Source: Candidatus Latescibacterota bacterium
GTDB taxonomy: Bacteria > Latescibacterota > UBA2968 > UBA8231
Length of the DNA: 64,000 nucleotides
Reading direction: 5' to 3'
NCBI GenBank assembly: GCA_965223905.1
Contig: CBDCXV010000001.1
Span: 896,001-960,000 of the forward strand
Shown here: in pieces, positions 9,299 through 17,307 of the stretch
Position numbering within the stretch: position 1 is the stretch's first letter
Layout: each line of letters starts with the position of its first letter
The notes under the pieces: generated by a model
What the model saw: only the letters and a program-made list of their open reading frames with translations
What the model was told of the DNA's origin: nothing
The model's database searches: none
Position numbers and translations under genes: made by a program

Positions 9299-11026
9299 AT
9301 GAACGTCCTGGTAATCGTGATTCTCGGGTTTGCCGTCTTCGCCCTGGCCAGCCGCTACTACGGAGGCTGGGTGGCCCGCAAGGTCGGCGTCGACCCCGCC
9401 AACCCGACCCCGGCGCAGCAGATCAACGACGGCCGCGACTACGTGCCGACGCGCATCTCGGTCGTCTTCGCCCATCACTTCTCCAGCATCGCCGGCGCGG
9501 GGCCGATCGTAGGGCCGACCCTGGCGGCGATCTACGGATTCGTGCCGGCGGTGATGTGGGTCGTCCTCGGGGGCATCTTCATCGGCGCCGTGCACGACTT
9601 CACGGCGCTTTTCGCCAGCATGCGCGAGGGCGGCAAGTCGATGGCGGAGATCGCCCACAAGTCGATGGGGCGGGCCGGCTTCACGCTGTTCCTGCTGTTC
9701 ACCATCGTCATGATCGTGCTGATCACCGCGGTCTTCCTCAAGCTGACGGCGAAAGCGCTGGCGTCGCTGTGGCCGCTGGAAAAGCTCGGCCTCGACAGCG
9801 CCCAGACCCTGCTGCGGACCGAGGTGCAGGACGGCGTTGCGATGGGGCACATCGGCGGTATCGCCTCGACCTCCGTCATCGTCGTCACGGCCCTCGCCCC
9901 GGTCCTCGGCTACCTGCTCTACCGCCGCGGCATCCGCACCGGCATCGCCTACCTGCTCGGCGCTGCGCTCTGCGCCGGGTCGATCCTCGTCGGCCTCAGC
10001 TACCCCCTGGCGATCTCTCCGGAGACGTGGATGGTGATCATCTCGGTGTACGTGCTTTTCGCCGCCGGCGCCCCGGTCTGGGTGATCCTGCAGCCGCGCG
10101 ACTTCATCAACTCGCAGATCCTCTACGGCGGCATGGCGCTGATGTTCTTCGCGCTGCTGAGCGGCGGGTTCGGCGGCCTTTCCGTCACCTTCCCCGCGTT
10201 CAACTTCAGCGAGGGGATCGAGCATCTCGGGCTGGTCTGGCCGATGATGTTCGTGACCATCGCCTGCGGGGCGATATCCGGTTTTCACTGCCTGGTGTCG
10301 TCGGGCACGACCTGCAAGCAGTGCAGCAGCGAGCAGGACGCCAAGCGGATCGGCTTCGACGGCATGATCCTCGAGTGCATCCTGGCGCTGTTCGTGCTGC
10401 TGGCGATCGGCAGCGCCCTCGGCTTCGAGGATTACAAGACCGTGGTCTGGAACGAGAGCAACCCGGTGCTCGGGTTCGCACTGGCCGCGGGCAAGCTCGC
10501 CAACAGCGGGCTCGGATTCATCCCGGTGGCGCTCGGCACGGTGTTCGGCATCCTCATGCTGGAGGGTTTCCTGGTGACGACCCTCGACTCGGCGGTGCGC
10601 CTGAACCGCTACCTGTTTGAGGAGCTGTGGGACCTGCTGTTCGAGACTCCGCCGGCGTTCATGAAGAAGTACTGGTTCAACGCCGGACTGTCAGTGGCGC
10701 TGATGTGGATTCTCGCCGGATCGAACGCCGCCACCGCGATCTGGCCGGTGTTCGGGAGCAGCAATCAGCTGCTGGCGGCGCTCGCCCTGATCGTGGTCAG
10801 CACCTGGCTGTTGAACCGCGGCACCCTGCCGTGGTTCACGCTGATACCGGCGGCGTTCATGATGGCGACCACCCTGTACTCGCTGGTGCTGCTGATGCAG
10901 AAGCACATCCCCGCGGGGAACTACCTGCTGGTCGGCGCCGAGGTCGTGCTCTTCGTGCTCGCCCTCGGGGTCATCGGTATCGCGATCCGGACCCATGCCG
11001 GCGCTCGAAGGCTCGCGACGAACTGA
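9299..11026 (+). CDS. cstA: Carbon starvation protein A (CstA) transporter
   Basis: DGRDYVPT, HHFSSIAGAGPIVGP, IACGAISGFH and TTLDSAVRL motifs; multiple TM helices. Confidence 0.92.
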   Translation: MNVLVIVILGFAVFALASRYYGGWVARKVGVDPANPTPAQQINDGRDYVPTRISVVFAHHFSSIAGAGPIVGPTLAAIYGFVPAVMWVVLGGIFIGAVHDFTALFASMREGGKSMAEIAHKSMGRAGFTLFLLFTIVMIVLITAVFLKLTAKALASLWPLEKLGLDSAQTLLRTEVQDGVAMGHIGGIASTSVIVVTALAPVLGYLLYRRGIRTGIAYLLGAALCAGSILVGLSYPLAISPETWMVIISVYVLFAAGAPVWVILQPRDFINSQILYGGMALMFFALLSGGFGGLSVTFPAFNFSEGIEHLGLVWPMMFVTIACGAISGFHCLVSSGTTCKQCSSEQDAKRIGFDGMILECILALFVLLAIGSALGFEDYKTVVWNESNPVLGFALAAGKLANSGLGFIPVALGTVFGILMLEGFLVTTLDSAVRLNRYLFEELWDLLFETPPAFMKKYWFNAGLSVALMWILAGSNAATAIWPVFGSSNQLLAALALIVVSTWLLNRGTLPWFTLIPAAFMMATTLYSLVLLMQKHIPAGNYLLVGAEVVLFVLALGVIGIAIRTHAGARRLATN

Positions 11027-11049
11027 AGCGGTACGTCAGCGCCTCGGAA

Positions 11050-11077
11050 TGCAGTTTCGCCTGGCGGCAAAACTGCA
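11050..11077. terminator. Hairpin between convergent cstA and moaB (possible terminator)
   Basis: TGCAGTTT-CGCC...GGCA-AAACTGCA inverted repeat; no clear U-tract. Confidence 0.3.
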
Positions 11078-11103
11078 GGGTGAGCCCGGAGCCGGCGCCC
11101 GGC

Positions 11104-11625
11104 TCAGCTTTCGAGGAGCCGCGGCATCAGCTCGACGAGGTTGCACGGGTGGGTGCGGCTGTCGAGCTGCTCCGATATGATGCGGTCCCAGCCGGTGGCG
11201 CAGGCCCCCCTCGACCCGGGCAGGCAGAAGATGTAGGTGCCGTTGGCGACTCCGGCGATGGCCCGCGACTGGATCGTCGACGGGCCGATCTCCTCGTACG
11301 ACAGCACGCGGAACACCTCTCCGAACCCCTCGATCTGCTTGTCGAGCAGGGGGGCCACCGCTTCCGGGGTGCCGTCGCGGCCTGTCAGTCCGGTGCCGCC
11401 GGTGGTGATGACGACGTCGACCTCTTTGTCGCAGATCCAGCGGGAAACCGCGGCGCGGATCTCGTAGATGTCGTCCGGCAGGATCAGCTTCTCCGCGAGG
11501 CGATGGCCCGCGGCCTCGAGGCGATCCACCAGCAGTTTCCCCGATTTGTCCTGCGCTTCGTCGCGGGTGTCGGACACGGTCAGCACCGCCAGCCGCAGCG
11601 CTACCGGTTTCTCATTGTCGCTCAT
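11104..11625 (-). CDS. moaB: Molybdenum cofactor biosynthesis protein B
   Basis: AVLTVSDTR, TTGGTGLTGRDGTPEA, STIQSRA and QLDSRTHPCN motifs; start overlaps the upstream TGA. Confidence 0.93.
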   Translation of the reverse strand: MSDNEKPVALRLAVLTVSDTRDEAQDKSGKLLVDRLEAAGHRLAEKLILPDDIYEIRAAVSRWICDKEVDVVITTGGTGLTGRDGTPEAVAPLLDKQIEGFGEVFRVLSYEEIGPSTIQSRAIAGVANGTYIFCLPGSRGACATGWDRIISEQLDSRTHPCNLVELMPRLLES

Positions 11626-12491
11626 CAGTCTGCAATCTCCTTCAGTCGGATTTCGAACAGCCAGGGCCACAGCTTGCCGGTGACGAACAGGCGGCCGCCG
11701 GCCTCGTCCCAGGCGATGCCGTTGAGGACGTCGGCCGCGGCCTTCTCATCGGCCGGCAGCAGGCCTTCGAGGTCGATCCAGCCCGTCACCTCGCCGGTGG
11801 CCGGATCGATGCGGGCTATCAGGTCGGTCCGCCAGACATTGGCGTAGATCTCGCCGCCGACGAACTCGAGCTCGTTGAGGTCTTCGATGCGGCGGCCGTC
11901 GCCGGTCACCTCGAGACGGCCGGTCTCAGCGAAGGTTTCGCTGTCGCGGAAGCGCAGCACCGGGGTGCCGTCGCTGGCGATGAAGCGCTCCCCGTCGTGG
12001 GTCAGCCCCCACCCCTCGGTTTCGTAGCGGAACGTCGAGAGCAGCTCGAAGCTGTCGCGGTCGTAGCGGAAGCCGACCCGCTCGCGGTAGGTGAGCTGAA
12101 AGATGCGGTCGCCGGCCAGGGCCATCCCCTCGCCGAAGTACTCCCGGTCGAGGTCGCGCTGACGCAGGACCTTCCCGGTGGTCAGCTCGACCTTGCGCAG
12201 CGAGGAGCGCCCGTGCAGGCCGGTGCTCTCGTACAGGAAGCCGCCGTCGTAGAACAGCCCCTGCGTGAACGCCTCGGGGTCGTGTGGGTAGGTGTTGACG
12301 ATTTCGTAGGTGTACCTGGGAAGTCCCGCGGCTGGGGCGCTTCCGCCGCGGGATTCGCCGCCGCCGGCCTGGCCCTTGACGGAGTCGGAGGAGGCGCAGG
12401 AGGCCAGCAGCAGGAGGCCGGCGATTCCGGCGCGCGCCAGCGGTCCAGGCCGCAGGTGGGGAAAGGTTGTTTCGCACCGGACCTGCATCAT
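11625..12491 (-). CDS. Glutaminyl-peptide cyclotransferase (type II glutaminyl cyclase), probable lipoprotein; start uncertain
   Basis: YPHDPEAFTQGL, YESTGLHG, FGEG, EGWGLT, LNELE, DVLNGIA and VTGKLW motifs; LASC lipobox. Confidence 0.9.
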   Translation of the reverse strand: MMQVRCETTFPHLRPGPLARAGIAGLLLLASCASSDSVKGQAGGGESRGGSAPAAGLPRYTYEIVNTYPHDPEAFTQGLFYDGGFLYESTGLHGRSSLRKVELTTGKVLRQRDLDREYFGEGMALAGDRIFQLTYRERVGFRYDRDSFELLSTFRYETEGWGLTHDGERFIASDGTPVLRFRDSETFAETGRLEVTGDGRRIEDLNELEFVGGEIYANVWRTDLIARIDPATGEVTGWIDLEGLLPADEKAAADVLNGIAWDEAGGRLFVTGKLWPWLFEIRLKEIAD

Positions 12492-12862
12492 CGCATCGGT
12501 TCGGAACGTAACGGTTGCATCCGGCTCTGTCGAGAGCCTGAACTGCCCCGGCTCGCCGCCCGCCGGACGGTATGGTACGGGCATTCGAGACCGCGGATGC
12601 GAACCTATAACTCCCCGGGCAGCCGTCCCGCAATTGCGGTCGAAAACCCCGGCAAAGGCCGCGGCGGTTGCTCTGGTTCAGGGGCCGGATTTTCCACGGA
12701 AGCCTCGGAATCCGGCATACGATGCCGCGGGCAACAGCCACCGGAGAAAGAGAGTACGGAGGTGGCGGGGGAGAGCCGACAGGGACTCCCCGCTGTTGTG
12801 CAAATCCCCCTGTCTCGATTTAGTTGGACTTGCTTCGGTCCAAGTCCTTCCGGGGCGCTTTT

Positions 12863-13114
12863 TCAAGAATTACGGCTGCGCATCGATTTGCGTCGGCTGC
12901 GGTTTGGGAGCCTCGGATTTCTGTGCGGCTCGGGATCGGGTTCTATTCGCCTGACCGGGGGGGCGTCGTCCTCATCCTTCCCGAAACAAACGTCGCAGAT
13001 GACCTTGCGCCCATCAGGCGCGTTCATCACGAAATACATCACCTCGCCCTTTTCAACGGGCGCATTGCAGCTGCGACAGGTCCCCCGGTACTTGGCGACC
13101 GTGCGTTTTATCAT
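12863..13114 (-). CDS. Small putative zinc-binding protein
   Basis: AKYRGTCRSC...ICDVC (two CxxC); GGAGG RBS. Confidence 0.55.
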   Translation of the reverse strand: MIKRTVAKYRGTCRSCNAPVEKGEVMYFVMNAPDGRKVICDVCFGKDEDDAPPVRRIEPDPEPHRNPRLPNRSRRKSMRSRNS

Positions 13115-13201
13115 CGCGGCTCCCCCCTCCCGGGGTTCAAGCACATTTCTGCGCGTTTTGTTATTGATGATGGAACTTTAGTGAACCAAAGAAATTCGCT
13201 A

Positions 13202-14365
13202 GTGTAGTGTCCGTTAAATAGAAGGAATTAACTCTGCTTGGGCTTCCAGCGCCTGCCGGGTGCGTTGGATCTTGCGCAGGATGTCCTCGCCTCGCGCCTT
13301 CCACTTGTAGGGCTTGGGGTTCCGGTTCCTCTCGGCCAGATAGCTTTCGATGTCTTTCACCAGCGCTTTGACGCTGGAGAAGCTGCCATCGCGGATCACG
13401 TCCTGCGTCAGTTCGCCGAAGAAGCGTTCGATCAGGTTTAACCAAGACGAACCGGTCGGGGTGAAATGGAGGTGAAAGCGCGGGTGCCGAGACAGCCACT
13501 GTTTGACCCTGTCTTCTTTGTGCGTGCTGTAGTTGTCGACGATCAGGTGCAGATCCAACTCCTTCGGCGTTTCTCGGTCGATCTGTTTCAAGAAGCGCAG
13601 CCACTCCACGCGGGTGTGCTGCTCCTCGGTGCGTGCGATGAGCTTGCCGTCCAGGTAGTTCAACGCGGCAAACAGGGTGATCGTCCCGTGGCGTTTGTAG
13701 TCGTGCGTCTTGGTGCGAAGCTCCCCCACGCCCAAAGGCAAGCCCGGCTGACTGCGCTCCCACGCCTGACACGGGCACTTCTCGTCGCAACACAGGACCA
13801 GGGCCTTTTCGGGGGGATCGAGATACAGTCCGATCACATCCCAAAACTTCTCTTCAAAGCGCTTGTCATCAGACACCTTGAAGGTCTTGGTCAAATGGGG
13901 CTTGATGTCGTTGGCCTGCCAGATGCGGTGCACGCTGTCCGGCGACATCCCCACGGCTTGAGCCATGGTGCGAACCGTCCACCGCGTACGCGGTTTCGGC
14001 GGCTGCGTCGCACCGGTGATGACCTGCTCGACCTTATCGGAGGGAAGACAGGGCGGTCGCCCGCGCCCCTTCGCATCCTGCAACCCGTCCAAACCGTCGC
14101 GTTCGAAGCGTTGCGACCACTTGTTCACACACGCCACGCTGACCCCAAGCTCCCGGGCCACCTGCGCCTGTTTGATCCCTTCGGCGCGACGCAAGATAAT
14201 CGCCGCGCGCAGGCTATCGCGCGGCGACGCGGTCGACGCTTTGACGCGGCCTTCCAGCTCTTGTCTTTCCGGTTCGGTAAGGTCCACTTTGGAGATGGGT
14301 CGGGCCATACCGGAAAGATAATAGGGGGGAATCAGTTAATGCAACCTATTTCTCGGACGCCACAC
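13202..14365 (-). mobile_element. IS630 family insertion sequence
   Basis: Imperfect TIRs (GTGTAGTGTCCGTTAAATAG / CTATTTCTCGGACGCCACAC); TA duplication in CTAG context (13200-13201, 14366-14367). Confidence 0.9.
13214..14308 (-). CDS. IS630 family transposase
   Basis: HTH N-terminus; CDEK, HDYKRHGT, VDNYSTHK and FTPTGSSWLNLIERFF motifs. Confidence 0.95.
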   Translation of the reverse strand: MARPISKVDLTEPERQELEGRVKASTASPRDSLRAAIILRRAEGIKQAQVARELGVSVACVNKWSQRFERDGLDGLQDAKGRGRPPCLPSDKVEQVITGATQPPKPRTRWTVRTMAQAVGMSPDSVHRIWQANDIKPHLTKTFKVSDDKRFEEKFWDVIGLYLDPPEKALVLCCDEKCPCQAWERSQPGLPLGVGELRTKTHDYKRHGTITLFAALNYLDGKLIARTEEQHTRVEWLRFLKQIDRETPKELDLHLIVDNYSTHKEDRVKQWLSRHPRFHLHFTPTGSSWLNLIERFFGELTQDVIRDGSFSSVKALVKDIESYLAERNRNPKPYKWKARGEDILRKIQRTRQALEAQAELIPSI

Positions 14366-14545
14366 TAGTTGCAGCAAAAGGAACAGACAGGCCCCAAGGC
14401 AGCCCGGCAGCCACTGGAGAAAAGACTCGGGATATCCCATATCCCCGGGAAGGGGGGCGGAAGCCGCTCCTCGCATAGGCTGGCCATCCAACGAGCAGGG
14501 GCGGCGCAATCCGCGGCCGACGCCCACAATAGAAAGGCACTTCGG

Positions 14546-15886
14546 ATGATCGACTGGGATTCCGTGACAGACGAAGTCACCGGTTACCTGCAGGACCTGC
14601 TGCGCATCGACACCACCAATCCGCCCGGCAACGAAACCGAGGCCGCCGGGTACATCGCCGGCGTCCTGCGGCGGGAGGGGTTTCAGCCGCTGATCACGGA
14701 ATCGGCGCCGGGCCGGGGAAACGTCGCGACCCGCCTCGACACCGGGGGCACGGAACCGCCCCTGCTTCTGCTCGGCCACACCGACGTGGTCGCCGCCGAG
14801 CCGGACAAGTGGACGCGCGACCCTTTCGGCGGCGATCTCCACGACGGCTGCATCTGGGGGCGCGGAGCCCTCGACATGAAGAACATGGTGGCCGTCGAGC
14901 TGATGGTGATGCTGCTGCTCAAACGGCAGGGGATGGCGCTAAAGCGTCCGGTGATGTTCGCCGCGACCGCGGACGAGGAGGCAGGCAAGGGGAACCACGG
15001 CCCCGGCTGGCTTCTCGACCATCACCCCGAACAGATCGAGGCCCCGGTGGTGCTGACCGAGGCGGGAGGCCACGACCTGCGCGTCGGGGAGCACCGGTAC
15101 TACACCTGCTGCGTCGGCCAGAAGGGGATCTGCCGCCTGCGCGCCACGGCCCGGGGGCGCCCGGGGCACGGCTCGCGGCCCCACGGCGACAACGCCATCG
15201 TCAAGCTGTGCGCCGCCCTGGGCAGGCTCGAGGGAGGAAGCTTTCCCCTGCATCCGTCGAGGACGCTGAGGGCCTATATCGAAGGGATTGCCGAATGCCA
15301 GCCGCCGGAGCTGGCCGGCAGTCTCGGCGCCGTCCTCGACCCGGTCCGCTCCGACAGCGCCCTCGCCTCATTGCCCCTCGCCGACGACTTCAAGGCCGAG
15401 CTGCGCTCCCTGCTGCGCAACACCGCCTCGGCGACCATGCTCAGCGCCGGCAGCAAGATCAACGTGATTCCGTCCGAGGCGAGCGCGGCGATCGACGGGC
15501 GGTTGGCCCCCGGGCAGACGAAGGAGTCGTTCCTCGCCGAGCTGCGCCGGCAGATCGGAGAGGAGCTCGAGATCGAAGTGGACCAGTACAGCCCGCCCCT
15601 GGAGGCGGATGCGGCCGGGGAGTTCTACGGAGTCATCGAGGAAGTGATGGCGCGCCACGATCCCGGGGTGCCGGTGGTGCCGTCGCTGACCACCGGGGGG
15701 ACCGACGCCAAGCACATCTGCCCGCGGCGGCCCGGGACGCAGGTGTACGGGTTCATGCCCTACCGCCAGCAGCCGGGGCTCGAGGAGATGCAGCTGATCC
15801 ACGGGCACGACGAGCGCACCACGGTGGAGAACCTGCTGTTCGCGACCCGGGTGATCTACGACATCGTCGTGGCGTATGCTGCTTGA
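14546..15886 (+). CDS. M20/M25/M40 family metallohydrolase
   Basis: LRIDTTNPPGNE, GHTDVV, GRGALDMK, ADEE, GGTD and IHGHDER motifs. Confidence 0.9.
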   Translation: MIDWDSVTDEVTGYLQDLLRIDTTNPPGNETEAAGYIAGVLRREGFQPLITESAPGRGNVATRLDTGGTEPPLLLLGHTDVVAAEPDKWTRDPFGGDLHDGCIWGRGALDMKNMVAVELMVMLLLKRQGMALKRPVMFAATADEEAGKGNHGPGWLLDHHPEQIEAPVVLTEAGGHDLRVGEHRYYTCCVGQKGICRLRATARGRPGHGSRPHGDNAIVKLCAALGRLEGGSFPLHPSRTLRAYIEGIAECQPPELAGSLGAVLDPVRSDSALASLPLADDFKAELRSLLRNTASATMLSAGSKINVIPSEASAAIDGRLAPGQTKESFLAELRRQIGEELEIEVDQYSPPLEADAAGEFYGVIEEVMARHDPGVPVVPSLTTGGTDAKHICPRRPGTQVYGFMPYRQQPGLEEMQLIHGHDERTTVENLLFATRVIYDIVVAYAA

Positions 15887-16089
15887 GGAGCGGCTTCTGG
15901 CAGGGAGCCAGCCGATTCCGTCAGCCCTGGGGATGCAGAGCTTTCGCGGTGGTCGCATTAACCCACGTGGAGAGGGAACCGTTTGACATTCGACTTGATT
16001 TCGGGTCGGCCGCCCAGGAGCGCCATGGCAGTGGTCCAGTTAATTCGTGGCAAGGCGGCAGGCTGTAGCTTGGAGCGGACTTCAAGCCA

Positions 16090-16317
16090 TCAGGCGAATT
16101 CGATGACGTCGAAGGTTTGGGGGTGGGCCAGTTCCTTGCGCCGCTGGAGGAGTCGATCCAAGGCCTTGGCGGTTTGGGCCGTCATATAGGTTTCGTGGCA
16201 ATGGGGGCAACAGACCACCGGCACTTTATCCACAAGAAACTTGTCGTTCCTGGGGCCGCATACCTGAGTCTTGTAGCGCAGCCGCGCGCCATCCTTGCCG
16301 CAGTAGTCGCAAATCAT
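16090..16317 (-). CDS. YgiT-type zinc finger / MqsA-like antitoxin
   Basis: MICDYCG...VPVVCCPHCHETY; follows a DUF4258 gene with overlap. Confidence 0.8.
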   Translation of the reverse strand: MICDYCGKDGARLRYKTQVCGPRNDKFLVDKVPVVCCPHCHETYMTAQTAKALDRLLQRRKELAHPQTFDVIEFA

Positions 16318-16601
16318 GAGGTCTCTCTCCAGGCCGTGATGAAAACCAGTTTGCCGGTCGGGCTGATTTTGGCCACGACGACACCCAAGTGGCCTGCTTT
16401 CGTCTCGCCCAGGATGATGTATTTGTATTCGCCCGAGGTTGAATCCTGCTGGCGCTCAATAATCCTTCCCGAAAAGGAGTATGTGTTCTCCCTCAAGAAT
16501 GCTCAGGTCGTCGTCCTGTATTTCCTCGTAGGCGTGAGCGGGAACAATATATTCATCGGCGCGGATTTGGCGCGCATCTGGTGGAGGATATGGTCGTGCA
16601 T
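16314..16601 (-). pseudogene. DUF4258 putative toxin, broken by two frameshifts (or sequencing indels)
   Basis: Stitched across frames: MHDHILHQMRAK/IRADEYIVPAHAYEEIQDDDLSIL.../IIERQQDSTSGEYKYIILGET...GKLVFITAW. Confidence 0.7.
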
Positions 16602-16808
16602 CACATACCGTAGGCCATCTTGCGCCGGACGTGGACGCGGCCTGCAGTGATGGTGTACTCACGGGGGATCTCCATGGCCGCCTGCCACCCCGACCTTTGT
16701 ATCGCAGGGGGAGCGGAGTAGGCCCCTGACCGCCTGAAGTCCATCCGAACGAAGAGCACAGTCAGCCGTATCCCGAAACCATTCCATTCCCCGTTTTTTC
16801 CCAGATCA

Positions 16809-16886
16809 AACTAAAAATTTAGTTGACAAGCCTGGCTCTGCCGGATACATTGAAACTAAATCCTTAGTTGATAAATCCTTAGTTGA
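16809..16886 (+). promoter_or_regulatory. sigma70 promoter with two palindromic operators for the BlaI-like repressor
   Basis: TTGACA (16823-28), 17 bp, TACATT (16846-51); palindromes AACTAAaaatTTAGTT (16809-24) and AACTAAatccTTAGTT (16854-69); 15-bp tandem duplication 16857-16886. Confidence 0.85.
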
Positions 16887-16899
16887 GAGGACGCGTCAG

Positions 16900-17307
16900 G
16901 TGGCAACCGGAGAGAGACCCGACAGAAAGCTGACCCCGCTCGAAACAGTGATCATGAACGTCCTGTGGGACGAGTCTCCCGCGGCGGTCAGGCAGGTGCA
17001 GGAGCGGCTGAATACCGTCAAGCCGATGGCCTACAACACGGTGCTGACCATCATGCGCATCCTGCGCAACAAGGGCTTTCTGGTCTCGGAGCGGGAAGGC
17101 CGGTCCGATCTCTACCGTCCGGTGGTAACGCGCGAGGACATGGGGCGGCGCTCCCTGGGGGAGGTGATCGACTCGTTCTTTGCCGGGTCGGCCGAGGCCC
17201 TGGTCAGTCAACTGCTGGACGGCCAGTCGCTCACTGACGAGGAGTTGGCGGCGATCCGGGAGGAGCTGGACCGAGCCCTCGAACGCAGGAAAGGAGGCCG
17301 ACAGTGA
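16900..17307 (+). CDS. BlaI/MecI/CopY family transcriptional repressor
   Basis: LTPLETVIMNVLW, AYNTVLTIMRILRNKG and FFAGSAEALVSQLL motifs. Confidence 0.92.
   Translation: MATGERPDRKLTPLETVIMNVLWDESPAAVRQVQERLNTVKPMAYNTVLTIMRILRNKGFLVSEREGRSDLYRPVVTREDMGRRSLGEVIDSFFAGSAEALVSQLLDGQSLTDEELAAIREELDRALERRKGGRQ

Noticed and set aside
12660-12720. SAM-I-like GGCCC..GCAACC string on the minus strand
   Set aside because: P1 (ATC/GAT), the kink-turn GGAGGGA and GGTGC elements are missing.
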